64,000 nucleotides of DNA from a bacterium (GTDB taxonomy: Bacteria; Patescibacteriota; Saccharimonadia; Saccharimonadales; SZUA-47), in the NCBI GenBank assembly GCA_030427125.1, contig JAUHXF010000002.1:12248-76247 (forward strand). Direction: 5' to 3'. Both the position numbers and the translations under genes were made by a program. Positions within the stretch are counted from its first letter, which is position 1. Each line of letters opens with the position of its first letter. The notes beneath the pieces are model-generated. The model did not search any database. It saw only the letters and a program-made list of their open reading frames with translations, and was not told the origin of the DNA. Shown here piece by piece: positions 29,927-41,194 of this stretch.

Positions 29927-31225
29927 ATGCTAAGCAAACTCGACAAGCTTAAAGAGTCATCTTTGAGCAAGTTAAAAAACCGTTCGTCCAAGAAGGGGCA
30001 GTACATAGTTGCACTTGATATTGGAACAGAGAATGTAAAGGCATTGGTCGGAAGAATCGAAGAAGATGAGGTCAAGATTGTTGGTGTTGGCCGTGCGAAG
30101 CAGGGCCTACAGGATATGCAAGCCGGTGCAATTGCTGATATCACTGCAGTAACCGCAAACTGTAACAATGCTCTGGCTGAGGCCGAGAAGCAAGCTGGTG
30201 TCAGCGCACGAGCGGTCATCATTGGGATTGCTGGCGAGCTGGTAAAAGGAACAACAATCTCGGTCCGCGTGAAGCGTAAAGATTCAAAAAAACCACTTGA
30301 AATAACTGAGGTTGAGAAGATTATCGAGCTCGTGCAAAAAAGAGCATTCCAGCAAGCGAAACAACAAATAGCAGATGAGCTTGGTGGTAAAGAAGTGGAC
30401 ATCCAGCTGGTAAATAGTGCGTTAGTACAGATGGAGATTGATGGCTACAATGTGACTAATCCAGTCGGTTTTCAGGGTAAAGAAATTACTGTTCAGCTCT
30501 ATACAGCTTTCGCACCGATGATTCACATTGGTGCGCTAGAACAGGTTGCTAACCAGCTCGATATGGATTTGTTGGCAGTAGCAGCTGAGCCATTCTCTGT
30601 TGCACGCTCAGTTATTGGTGATAGTGATGATTCAACGCTTAGCGCAATTTTGATGGACGTCGGTGGTGGCACAACAGACATAGCAGTCTTGAACGAAGGT
30701 GGTGTACAAGGGACACATATGTTTGGAATTGGCGGACGTGCCTTTACGCGTGCAATCGCAAAAGAAATGGATATTGATTTCGCTGAAGCTGAACGCCTCA
30801 AAGTAGGGCTCAGCGACGGCACGGCGCCTTCTTCACAGGTAGAAAAAATCGAGAAGTCACTCGAAAAAACAGTAGATGTATGGCGTTCAGGCATAGAGCT
30901 TGCACTTGAAGAGTACGAACAACTAGAGCATCTTCCGCACAATATTATGCTTTGTGGTGGTGGCTCCAGTCTCGAGGAGCTGAAAGAAGAACTCGAAGAC
31001 TCTGACTGGTATCGTGAATTACCATTTGCACGTAAGCCGAGCATTCACTTTATTACACCGGATGCAGTAGTGGGCATAGAGGATACAACAGCAAAACTGC
31101 ATGACCACACCTTTGTGACGGCTATGGGATTATTGCGTGTCGGGCTTGATACAATAGCTCAAAGTGGCGAATCAGCTGGAGATGAAAAGGTAAGCGAAAA
31201 AATAAATCGCTTATTGAGGATTTAG
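29927..31225 (+). CDS. ftsA: Cell division protein FtsA
   Basis: Actin-fold motifs ALDIGTENVKALVG and MDVGGGTTDIAV are present, with a C-terminal amphipathic EKINRLLRI. Confidence 0.9.
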   Translation: MLSKLDKLKESSLSKLKNRSSKKGQYIVALDIGTENVKALVGRIEEDEVKIVGVGRAKQGLQDMQAGAIADITAVTANCNNALAEAEKQAGVSARAVIIGIAGELVKGTTISVRVKRKDSKKPLEITEVEKIIELVQKRAFQQAKQQIADELGGKEVDIQLVNSALVQMEIDGYNVTNPVGFQGKEITVQLYTAFAPMIHIGALEQVANQLDMDLLAVAAEPFSVARSVIGDSDDSTLSAILMDVGGGTTDIAVLNEGGVQGTHMFGIGGRAFTRAIAKEMDIDFAEAERLKVGLSDGTAPSSQVEKIEKSLEKTVDVWRSGIELALEEYEQLEHLPHNIMLCGGGSSLEELKEELEDSDWYRELPFARKPSIHFITPDAVVGIEDTTAKLHDHTFVTAMGLLRVGLDTIAQSGESAGDEKVSEKINRLLRI

Positions 31226-31227
31226 AT

Positions 31228-32865
31228 ATGGCAAAAGCAACAATATACATCGATTCAGACGAGGACATAACAGGCGTTATTGATAAGGTTGTTTCGGCAG
31301 ACGAGAAAGTTGTCGCGCTAGTACTGCCTAAGCGTGCAAACTTGTTTCAGAGTACTGTTAATTTGAAGCTTATTCAGAAGGCAGCAAAAAAAGCAAAAAA
31401 GAGTTTGGTACTTATCAGCTCCGACCCTGCTTTGACAGCGGCTGCAGCTGTCGGCGGTGTTCATATCGCAAAGACATTAACCTCAAAGCCAGCTGTGCCC
31501 AAGAAAGCTGCAGCTGAAAAAGTAGCAACAATCGATACCGAAGAACTCGATATATCTGATGCATCAGCAGAAGTTGCAGATGAAGATAGTACAGCTACAG
31601 CCAAAGACGAACCTATCGAACTCGATAATACCAGCGCTATTCCCGAAGATGTTGTAGAGAAAAAGGACAAGAAAGATAAAAAGAAATTCAAAATACCAGA
31701 TTTTCGCAGTTTTAAAGTTCGCTCTGCAATAGGGATAGCACTGGTTGTATTATTGGTAGTTGGATGGATATTCGGATTTATCATACTGCCGAAAGCGACA
31801 GTTACTATTGATACGGATACGCAGCGACTTGATATCACAACGGATTTTCGTGCCGACACATCACAAGATTCAATTGATCTCGAAGAGGCTATTTTACCTG
31901 CGACTCTTGTAGAGTACGAGAGCGAAGATAGCGCTACCGTTGAAGCGACTGGTGAAAAAGATGTTGGCGAGGAAGCAACCGGAACACTCACGCTCACTAA
32001 TTGTCGACAGGGTGCTGCTGGCGTGACAATTCCTGAAGGCACCGGTTTCAGTGCAGACGGTAAGACGTTCTCTACGAACTCAGCAGTTGAGCTTGGTCCA
32101 GCTGTGTTTGTCGGTGATGACTGTATAAGCGCAGATTTCCCAGCGTTCGGGGCTGTTGCAGATGTTGGTGTGACGGCGAATGAACCTGGAGAGGACTATA
32201 ATATCGCAGCTCAGTCGTATAATTCGCCTACAAGCGGCGTATCGGCTTTTGGCTCGGAAATGACCGGTGGAACTTCTAAAGTTGTAACGGTGGTCAGCAG
32301 TGATGATATAAAGAAGGCCGAGGATCAGTTGTCTGGTGCTGCAACTGCGGAAGCTTTGACACGGTTGCGCGCAAACTTGCAGGAGCAAAATAAACAATCA
32401 CTTGATGAGACGCTTGAAGAATCGGACACAAAGACAACATATTCAGCGGCTTCAGGTGACGAAGCCGACGAGGTAACTGTCCGTCAGACAGTGGTGTATA
32501 GTTTGCTTGGAGTGTCAAACGACGATCTAAATAGTCTGCTTAACAAGACAATTGAAGATCAGATAAACGATCCAACGAGAAATATACGAGATAATGGTCT
32601 CAGCGGAGCGGTATATCAAGGCATAGATGCCAAGAATGAGAGCGATCAGACACTGCGACTCCAGACTGTCGCAACGATAGGCCAGATATTCGATGAAGAA
32701 GCAATCAAGCAGGATGTTGCAGGAAAGAGGCGTGGTGAAATCGAGGCGCTATTAGGGGCACGCGACGGTGTTCGTGATGTCAATGTAGAGTATAGCCCGT
32801 TCTGGGTGACGACAACACCAAAAAGCGCTGACAAGATAACAATAGTTATTAATGAAGTTGAGTGA
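31228..32865 (+). CDS. Single-pass membrane protein of unknown function, coupled to ftsA
   Basis: It starts 2 nt after the ftsA stop. It has a cytoplasmic N-domain, an acidic linker, a TM (AIGIALVVLLVVGWIFGFIIL) and a large external domain. Confidence 0.75.
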   Translation: MAKATIYIDSDEDITGVIDKVVSADEKVVALVLPKRANLFQSTVNLKLIQKAAKKAKKSLVLISSDPALTAAAAVGGVHIAKTLTSKPAVPKKAAAEKVATIDTEELDISDASAEVADEDSTATAKDEPIELDNTSAIPEDVVEKKDKKDKKKFKIPDFRSFKVRSAIGIALVVLLVVGWIFGFIILPKATVTIDTDTQRLDITTDFRADTSQDSIDLEEAILPATLVEYESEDSATVEATGEKDVGEEATGTLTLTNCRQGAAGVTIPEGTGFSADGKTFSTNSAVELGPAVFVGDDCISADFPAFGAVADVGVTANEPGEDYNIAAQSYNSPTSGVSAFGSEMTGGTSKVVTVVSSDDIKKAEDQLSGAATAEALTRLRANLQEQNKQSLDETLEESDTKTTYSAASGDEADEVTVRQTVVYSLLGVSNDDLNSLLNKTIEDQINDPTRNIRDNGLSGAVYQGIDAKNESDQTLRLQTVATIGQIFDEEAIKQDVAGKRRGEIEALLGARDGVRDVNVEYSPFWVTTTPKSADKITIVINEVE

Positions 32866-33293
32866 GTTTTATGAAGTTGGACGGTGATATTGTCGGCCTT
32901 GATTTGGGTATGAGCAGAACAGGTGTTGCGCGATTGCATACAATAGCAAAAATTGCGCAGCCACTTGATGAAATCGACATGAAAACAGGAAATTTTGTAA
33001 AAAAAGTTCAACAAGTGATTGCGAATGAGGAAGCGATAGCGCTTGTAGTTGGTTTACCGCGAAACCTGCACGGTGAGGATACAGAACAGACAGCATGGGT
33101 GCGAGGGCAAATAGCAGAGCTAGAAAAGTCGATAGAGGTGCCGCTCTTTGCGACGGATGAAGCGGGTACAACAGTACAGGCAGAAAAGCGAGCGAAGGAA
33201 GGACAGTCAGTTGACAGTGTGGCTGCTGGAGTAATTCTTGAAAGCTTTGTGGAACACGTTTTGCAGGGGAAGGTTGAGCATGTCAGCATTTAG
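32862..33293 (+). CDS. ruvX: Holliday junction resolvase-like nuclease RuvX/YqgF
   Basis: IVGLDLGMSRTGVA and VVGLPRNLHGEDTEQT motifs are present. The start is either GTG 32862 (GTGA overlap) or ATG 32871. Confidence 0.88.
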   Translation: MSFMKLDGDIVGLDLGMSRTGVARLHTIAKIAQPLDEIDMKTGNFVKKVQQVIANEEAIALVVGLPRNLHGEDTEQTAWVRGQIAELEKSIEVPLFATDEAGTTVQAEKRAKEGQSVDSVAAGVILESFVEHVLQGKVEHVSI

Positions 33294-34332
33294 GATTGGA
33301 GAAAAGTATGAGCATAAGCGACCATCCTGGATTAAGCGAGTATTGCTTGCATCATTGTTGCTTGTCGTTGCTGTGGTTGTAGCTGGCATCTTTTGGTTTA
33401 GGCAGAGTATTCAGCCATTAAACGCAGAAAATATCACATCATATAGCATTATTATTCCAATTGGTGCGACTGAAGCTGCTATCAGTGAAGAGCTTGAAGA
33501 GCAGGGAATAATAAAATCTGCAATAGCATACAGACTGCAGGCCCGTCTTTCTGGCAAGCAGGGCTCAATGCAGGCGGGCGAATATGAGGTTACTTCAGCG
33601 CAGTCAGTCGACGAAATACTGACATTATTTGAAAGTGGGATGGTTAATTCAGAACTTATAACGATACTGCCTGCACAGCGAATCGCTCAAATCGAGCAAT
33701 CGTTTTTAGACGCTGGCTTCACACAGCTTGAAGTGACGGAGGCGCTTGACCCCGACACGTATAGCGACCACCCAATCTATGGGTACATCCCGGCTGGCGG
33801 TAATCTCGAAGGTTATCTCTATCCTGAGAGCTTTCAGCGCACACGTTCAACACTGTTAACAGATATCGTGCGCCAGTCACTTGACCTCATGAATGATGCG
33901 CTTTCTAGGCAACGTATTGATGGTATCCTTGCACAAGGATTGACTGTGCACGAAGGAGTGATCCTTGCTTCAATAATTGAAGAAGAAGTAAGTGATCTGG
34001 ATGATAAACCTATTGTTGCACAGGTATTTTTAAAGCGTTTGGAAGAAGGGATTCCACTTGGGTCTGACCCTACTGGTTTTTATGGAGATTCTCTGAATGG
34101 CGTTGAGGAGAGTATCTTTAACGACACGCCGTACAATACCCGACTCTATGCGGGGCTGCCGCCTAGTCCGATTAGTAATGTTACCGTGTCGTCACTTGAT
34201 GCCGTTATAGACCCGAGCGATACAGATTATCTGTATTTTGTTTCTGGTGATGATGGTACGACACACTTTTCAGACACGCTCGCTGAACATGAAGAGAATA
34301 CCGCGAGATATTGCACAGAATTGTGTCAGTAG
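33280..34332 (+). CDS. mltG: Endolytic murein transglycosylase MltG (YceG-like)
   Basis: It has an N-terminal TM, the LEGYLYPESF motif, ASIIEEE, and YNTRLYAGLPPSPISN. ATG 33280 is preferred. Confidence 0.9.
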   Translation: MSAFRIGEKYEHKRPSWIKRVLLASLLLVVAVVVAGIFWFRQSIQPLNAENITSYSIIIPIGATEAAISEELEEQGIIKSAIAYRLQARLSGKQGSMQAGEYEVTSAQSVDEILTLFESGMVNSELITILPAQRIAQIEQSFLDAGFTQLEVTEALDPDTYSDHPIYGYIPAGGNLEGYLYPESFQRTRSTLLTDIVRQSLDLMNDALSRQRIDGILAQGLTVHEGVILASIIEEEVSDLDDKPIVAQVFLKRLEEGIPLGSDPTGFYGDSLNGVEESIFNDTPYNTRLYAGLPPSPISNVTVSSLDAVIDPSDTDYLYFVSGDDGTTHFSDTLAEHEENTARYCTELCQ

Positions 34333-34504
34333 ATATTTAAATGATTTCCGCATGGAATTGGCATCCATTGACAGGGGTCAGGCTCGTTTGATAGAATAAA
34401 CCTCAAGCATCATTTATTGGTATAAATATATGGTGCTATATTCACTGAAATATTCTATAAAAACAAGGATGGTCGATACGTCCTTAAACTATAATTAAGA
34501 CCCA

Positions 34505-35701
34505 GTGAGTAACACGAGACATCGACAGATACAGCCCACTCGTGAGGAGTGTACTATTCGTACGAAACTTCGAATAAAGCGACACAAAAAATCGGTGGAA
34601 AACCCGATTGTTTCGTCAGCTACAGAGACAGCACAAGAGATCAATAAGAAGGTTAAACGAAAGTTCTTTCGCAGTAAGCGACGGGTAGTTCGCAATGGCT
34701 TAGTTATCACGAACCTGTTGCTTCTTGTTGGAGTTGTTGGATTTATCATCTCAACACGTAATGATGAGCCGACTGTGGCTGCACCAACGCTAAATCTGGC
34801 GGCAGAACAAGAAGTGACAAACCCTCTAGATGAACTGTCCGGAGCAGATATCGCGGTCAATATCGCGCAGCTAGTGCAGATGGACCAGGCAACAGCTGTA
34901 CGCAATAACGCCGATTCGGTAAACACGACACTTGATATAGTGCCGAGTGGACGACAAGTTGTCGCAAAGCCGCAAATTGTTGAAACAGATTTAAAATCGA
35001 TTCGCGACCTCGTTACCTACAAGGTGAAAGAAGGCGATACGATTAAATCTATCGCTAAAGACTTCGATGTGAGCGAAAACACTATTAAGTGGTCTAACGA
35101 TCTGTCTGGCAATACGGTGAATGCAGGTGCAAAACTTAAGATTCCACCGGTGGATGGACTCCTGTATACAGTAAAAGAAGGTGAAACAGCCAAAACTATC
35201 GCTGATCGATATGGGGCTAATGAAGCAGCGATTATTGCTTTTAACGACGCAGAAATTAAAGGCTTAAAAACAGGTCAAGAGATTGTGGTGCCTGACGGTG
35301 AAGTGCCTGTCGTGCGACGTACGTCTTCAGCTGTAGCTTCGGGCTTTCGCTTTGGGTCATCGGCAATCTATGGCTACAACGGTTATTCGTACGGCTACTG
35401 TACATGGTATGCTGCCAACAGACGAACAGCTGTTGGAAAACCAATTCCAGCAAACCTCGGTAATGCAAGCACATGGAAAGTCCGCGCTTCGTTAGCTGGC
35501 ATTAGCGTAGGAAGCAAACCGAAAAAACACGCAGTATTGTGGCATCCTCCTCGAGACTACTATGGACACGTTGGGTTTGTTGAGGAAGTGTACGATGATG
35601 GTTCAATCCTCGTCAGCGACATGAACTATCCGGTATGGAATGGCGTGACGACACGTAAGTTGTCGCCAGCTCAAGCCGCCGCGTATCAGTACATCTATTA
35701 G
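34505..35701 (+). CDS. Peptidoglycan hydrolase with 2x LysM and a C-terminal CHAP domain
   Basis: LysM repeats are YKVKEGDTIKSIAKDF and YTVKEGETAKTIADRY. The CHAP domain shows in GYCTWYAANRR and GHVGFVEEV. It has a TM anchor and a GTG start. Confidence 0.85.
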   Translation: MSNTRHRQIQPTREECTIRTKLRIKRHKKSVENPIVSSATETAQEINKKVKRKFFRSKRRVVRNGLVITNLLLLVGVVGFIISTRNDEPTVAAPTLNLAAEQEVTNPLDELSGADIAVNIAQLVQMDQATAVRNNADSVNTTLDIVPSGRQVVAKPQIVETDLKSIRDLVTYKVKEGDTIKSIAKDFDVSENTIKWSNDLSGNTVNAGAKLKIPPVDGLLYTVKEGETAKTIADRYGANEAAIIAFNDAEIKGLKTGQEIVVPDGEVPVVRRTSSAVASGFRFGSSAIYGYNGYSYGYCTWYAANRRTAVGKPIPANLGNASTWKVRASLAGISVGSKPKKHAVLWHPPRDYYGHVGFVEEVYDDGSILVSDMNYPVWNGVTTRKLSPAQAAAYQYIY

Positions 35702-37003
<1,302 letters not shown>

Positions 37004-37005
37004 TC

Positions 37006-38439
37006 ATGGCTGATTTGCTCAAGGATCGAATCACGCAGCTACAGTCATCAGACAACGAAGGTAAATGCGTCCTGTACGTCATGAGTAGAGACCAGCGAGT
37101 GAAGGATAACCATGCCTTGCTCTGTGCACAGAAGCACGCGCTTGCCAAGAAGCTGCCGCTTGCGGTAGTGTTCGTACTTCACGACAAGGTTGGTGTTCGT
37201 GCGCGTGAGCATTTTAATTTCATGATTGATGGCTTGCATGAGGTAGAAAGCAGTCTATCGAAGTTAAACATTCCATTTATGATGCTTATCGGAAACCCTA
37301 AAGACCGTTTATCGGCAACTTTCGGTCATCTTAACCCAGAAGCGGTGTATTTCGACTTCAATCCGTTGCGTGGTCCGGTCAATCTACAGAAAGAAATTGC
37401 CAAGGAGCTTTCTTGTAAGGTATTTGTTGTTGATACACATAATGTTGTTCCGGCGAGGATAGTCAGCGACAAAAAAGAAGTAGGCGCATACACAATTCGT
37501 CCTAAGCTGCACAAGAAACTTGCAGAGTATCTTGTCGAGCCTGAGGAAATGACGAGGCATCCACATGCATGGCCTGGAGTTGTTAAGTCAATCGATGAAC
37601 TTGAAGAGATGATTAAAGAGGTGCTTGAAAAGCAGCCAAATAATCGTACCAAGCTAGCATTTACCGCTGGAGAGTCTGCAGCAGCCAAACACCTCCAGCA
37701 GTTTATTGATAAAAAACTAGAGCGTTATGCTGTTGACCGTAATGATCCGTCGAGCGGCTCTCAGTCTGATTTGAGCCCGTATTTGCACTTTGGCCAAATA
37801 GCAGCACTACGTGTCGCGTTGGAGCTGCAAGTAGTAGCACGAGGGCGCGACAACGAATTGCATCTTCTTGAATCACCTAAAATGCCTAAACCTGAACATG
37901 CAGAAACAACACAACAACACGGCGTAGATAGTCTGATTGAAGAAATGGTTGTTCGCAAGGAGCTGGCTGACAATTATTGCTTATACGAAAACAACTACGA
38001 TAACTTAGATGCAGCTGCTGAGTGGGCTCGAAAATCACTAGATGCTCATCGGGACGATCCACGAGAATTTATATACAGCAAAGAAGAGCTTGAGCAGGCG
38101 AAAACACACGACGAGGCGTGGAATGCGGCCCAGCGACAGCTCACGAGCAGCGGTAAAATGCACGGCTATATGCGGATGTATTGGGCGAAGAAAGTACTAG
38201 AGTGGACTGAGAGTCCGGAGGAGGCCATAGAGACACTAGTGTATTTGAACGACCACTACTCGGTCGATGGGGGTGACCCGAACGGCTACGCAGGGATTCT
38301 ATGGTCAGTTGCTGGTGTTCATGATCGACCGTGGCAGGAGCGAGAAGTGTTCGGTGTGATTCGCTACATGAATTATGGTGGGTTGAAGCGTAAATTTGAT
38401 ATAGCTACCTACATTGACCAGTGGAAAAACAACGCATAA
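37006..38439 (+). CDS. phr: Deoxyribodipyrimidine photolyase, class II type
   Basis: VLYVMSRDQRVKDNHALL and the C-terminal MHGYMRMYWAKK...DGGDPNGYAGILWSV are class II CPD photolyase signatures. Confidence 0.88.
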   Translation: MADLLKDRITQLQSSDNEGKCVLYVMSRDQRVKDNHALLCAQKHALAKKLPLAVVFVLHDKVGVRAREHFNFMIDGLHEVESSLSKLNIPFMMLIGNPKDRLSATFGHLNPEAVYFDFNPLRGPVNLQKEIAKELSCKVFVVDTHNVVPARIVSDKKEVGAYTIRPKLHKKLAEYLVEPEEMTRHPHAWPGVVKSIDELEEMIKEVLEKQPNNRTKLAFTAGESAAAKHLQQFIDKKLERYAVDRNDPSSGSQSDLSPYLHFGQIAALRVALELQVVARGRDNELHLLESPKMPKPEHAETTQQHGVDSLIEEMVVRKELADNYCLYENNYDNLDAAAEWARKSLDAHRDDPREFIYSKEELEQAKTHDEAWNAAQRQLTSSGKMHGYMRMYWAKKVLEWTESPEEAIETLVYLNDHYSVDGGDPNGYAGILWSVAGVHDRPWQEREVFGVIRYMNYGGLKRKFDIATYIDQWKNNA

Positions 38440-38539
38440 AAGTGAGCGCCTTTGTTTTGAGTAAAGGTGCCTGGTGGTTGAAGGTACATAACGAATCGAC
38501 TATGCTAAAGGTAATTAACTCTAGGCGGCAAAGTAACGA

Positions 38540-39491
38540 ATGAGCTCATCAAGAAAACAAAAAGCGCACGCAATATCACAGGAAATTAATCTAGGGGCCA
38601 GTTTTTCTGTCATTAGTTGTCAAAATTATCAGATAGATATGGAAAAAGCGCTAGAGTCGACGATTAGACTCGGTATTAAACGTTTCAGAATAATGAGTTA
38701 CTGGAACATTTACGAACCAGAACAGGGTAATATTGATTTCACGCAGCTTGACCAGCAGATAGCCATATTGAAGAAGAATAACTGCCGCGCTACACTCACC
38801 ATCGGCATGCGTCAGCCGCGATGGCCAGAAACGCACATTCCAGAGTGGGCAAAGCAACTCACCCACGACGAAACTGTCGCAGCCTACATGATATTTCACC
38901 AAGCTGTAATTGAGCGTTATAAAGACGAAGAAATAATCGAAAGTTGGCAGCTGGAGAATGAGTTTTGGCTTCGAAGCTTCGGGATAAACTTTGACTATTC
39001 ACGCAAACGTCTGGTAGAAGAGTTTAATATGATTCGTGAGCTTGACCCAGAGCGTCCAATTATTATGTCGACTGCGCAGTTTTTGAGCCTGCCCCTGTTT
39101 CGACCAACGCCAGATATTTTCGCCACCAGCATATACCGCGTGATTTATAACAATAAAAAAACAAGCTTATACCACGACCTGGATTTCGCCATGGATGTAC
39201 AAGCTGAAGGCTTTTTTAATTCAGCTAACCAAATGGCGAGCGTATATTAACCATGAGCTACAGGCTGAGCCGTGGGGTCCGAAGGCAAACTGGGAGATGT
39301 CTATCGAGGAGCAGAATAAGTCAATGAATCCTGAAAATATCAAGAAAGCGGTAGCATACGCTAATCAAGCAGGCATGAAGTACAAAGACCTCTGGGGGGC
39401 AGAGTGGTGGTATTGGCGAGCCACAAAGTACAACGACCCTAGCTTGCAGAACACGGTAAAAGAACTAGTAAGTCAGGCGGGGAATGCATAG
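38540..39491 (+). pseudogene. Clan GH-A (TIM-barrel) glycoside hydrolase split by a +1 frameshift
   Basis: ORF 38540-39250 carries the acid/base motif WQLENEFW. ORF 39195-39491, in the +1 frame, carries the nucleophile motif HELQAEPWGP. The frames can be joined at the A7 run at 39154-39160. Confidence 0.7.
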
Positions 39492-40911
39492 TTTTTATTT
39501 TTATGATTTAGAAACAAGTAGCGGTAGTCCGCGGACTGGTCGTATTATGCAATTTGCTGGGCAGCGTACGAATGAAGACCTCGAGCCAATAGGCGAGCCT
39601 GACAACATCTTAGTTAAGTTAGCCGATGATGTCTTGCCTGAACCAGATGCGATTTTGGTGCATGGGATTACCCCGCAAAAAACGTTAGAAGAAGGCATAA
39701 CCGAGGCTGAGATGGCCGAGTATTTTTATACGAAGATTGCTACTCCTGGAACTGTTTTTGTCGGCTACAATAACCTGCGTTTTGATGACGAGTTCATGCG
39801 TTATCTTTTTTATCGAACATTTTACGAGCCGTATGAATGGCATTGGAAAGATGACCGTGGGCGATGGGATTTACTCGATGCCATGCGTATGATGCGAGCT
39901 TTACGACCAGAGGGTTTACAATGGCCGATGCTCAAGGATAAACCGACGGTAAAGCTAGAGTTAATGGCCAAAGAGAATGGATTTCTTCACGAAAACGCTC
40001 ATGATGCTCTTAGTGATGTACTAGCATTGATTCAGCTCGCTAAGGCCTTTAAGACCGCCCAGCCTAAACTGTTTAGCTATCTATTATCGATAAAAAACAA
40101 GCGCGACGCCGCCAAGCTTGTCGAATCTGGTGAGCCGTTTATATACACATCAGGTCGTTACTCGAGTGAATTCGACAAAACAACAGTTGTGAAAATGGTG
40201 TTGCGTCATCCTCGGCGTGATGCAGCTATTGTGTATGATCTACGTCATGACCCTACAGAGTGGGTGGATAAATCACCCGAAGAACTGGTGAAGCATTGGT
40301 CGGTTAGGTATGGTGACGACACGAAGCCGCTGCCTGTGAAGACCATGCAGTACAATCATTGTCCGGCTATTGCGCCATTGGTGGTTCTCGATGATGATAG
40401 TAAAAAACGAATTGGCTATGATGATTCATTCGATAAACACCAGAGAATACTCGAAGAAAATCCCAAGTTTCTAGAGAATCTAGAAAAGGCGTTGGATATA
40501 ATGGAGGATGCTCAGCAATCATCTCTGCCGCTTAACGATGATGTGGACACGCAGCTGTATGATGGATTCTGGGGCGATAGAGACCGAGCTGACCTAGTAA
40601 AAATTCGTCAAACAGATCCGAGTGAACTTGGCTCCCTCATGGAAGATCTCAAGAATAAACGGCTTCGGCGCATGCTGCCATTGTATAAGGCTAGGAATTT
40701 CCCAAAGCAACTATCAGGTGATGAACGTATTGCGTGGGAGAAGCATCGTCGAAAAGTGATGCTTGAAGGTGGTGAGTCATCGAAGCTAGCCAAAGTTATG
40801 AGCCGTATGCAGACGATTGCTAAAGACAGAAAATTAAGCTCTGATGAAGAATATCTATTATCAGAACTGCAACTCTACATAGAAAGCATCATCCCTGAGC
40901 CTGATATGTAG
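39484..40911 (+). CDS. sbcB: Exodeoxyribonuclease I
   Basis: The DEDDh motifs are FYDLETSS, GYNNLRFDDEF and HDALSDV. The length fits ExoI. Confidence 0.92.
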   Translation: MHSFYFYDLETSSGSPRTGRIMQFAGQRTNEDLEPIGEPDNILVKLADDVLPEPDAILVHGITPQKTLEEGITEAEMAEYFYTKIATPGTVFVGYNNLRFDDEFMRYLFYRTFYEPYEWHWKDDRGRWDLLDAMRMMRALRPEGLQWPMLKDKPTVKLELMAKENGFLHENAHDALSDVLALIQLAKAFKTAQPKLFSYLLSIKNKRDAAKLVESGEPFIYTSGRYSSEFDKTTVVKMVLRHPRRDAAIVYDLRHDPTEWVDKSPEELVKHWSVRYGDDTKPLPVKTMQYNHCPAIAPLVVLDDDSKKRIGYDDSFDKHQRILEENPKFLENLEKALDIMEDAQQSSLPLNDDVDTQLYDGFWGDRDRADLVKIRQTDPSELGSLMEDLKNKRLRRMLPLYKARNFPKQLSGDERIAWEKHRRKVMLEGGESSKLAKVMSRMQTIAKDRKLSSDEEYLLSELQLYIESIIPEPDM

Positions 40912-40913
40912 CT

Positions 40914-41102
40914 TTAAAGTGCTATTTCTTCGATGTTGTTTCGTAAAGATACTATAAGATTGCGAGTGTCGCGAATAGTATTGCGAATGAGCACTAAAAG
41001 CCCTATGGAGACCAGTAATCCTGCTGCAATGAATATAATCATATCGAACGTCACCTGAAAGTCGGTGCCTGGTATATATCCTGATACGATGAAGTAGAAC
41101 AT
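40914..41102 (-). CDS. Small membrane protein (hypothetical)
   Basis: A 62-aa ORF with a strong GGAGG SD 5 nt upstream and one clear TM (MIIFIAAGLLVSIGLLVLI). Confidence 0.45.
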   Translation of the reverse strand: MFYFIVSGYIPGTDFQVTFDMIIFIAAGLLVSIGLLVLIRNTIRDTRNLIVSLRNNIEEIAL

Positions 41103-41111
41103 TGAGCCTCC

Positions 41112-41147
41112 AAAATAAAAAAGGGCTCACACGGCATGTGCGAACCC
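41112..41147 (-). terminator. Rho-independent terminator downstream of the PGPGW gene
   Basis: On the - strand, gggttcgcac-atgcc-gtgtgagccc forms a 10-bp stem with 2 G.U pairs. It is followed by TTTTTTATTTT. Confidence 0.75.
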
Positions 41148-41194
41148 TCACTTTCTTTACTATACAGTATCACATATTTAAAGAAAAAGCAACA

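Noticed and set aside
30523-32042. Long - strand ORFs (173 and 193 aa) rich in Ser and Ala.
   Set aside because: They are antisense to ftsA and the coupled 545-aa gene. Their composition is typical of reverse-frame translation of GC3-biased coding sequence.
39195-39491. A 98-aa ORF treated as an independent gene.
   Set aside because: It carries the nucleophile half of the same TIM-barrel glycosidase as the upstream ORF. It is better explained as the downstream part of a frameshifted gene.
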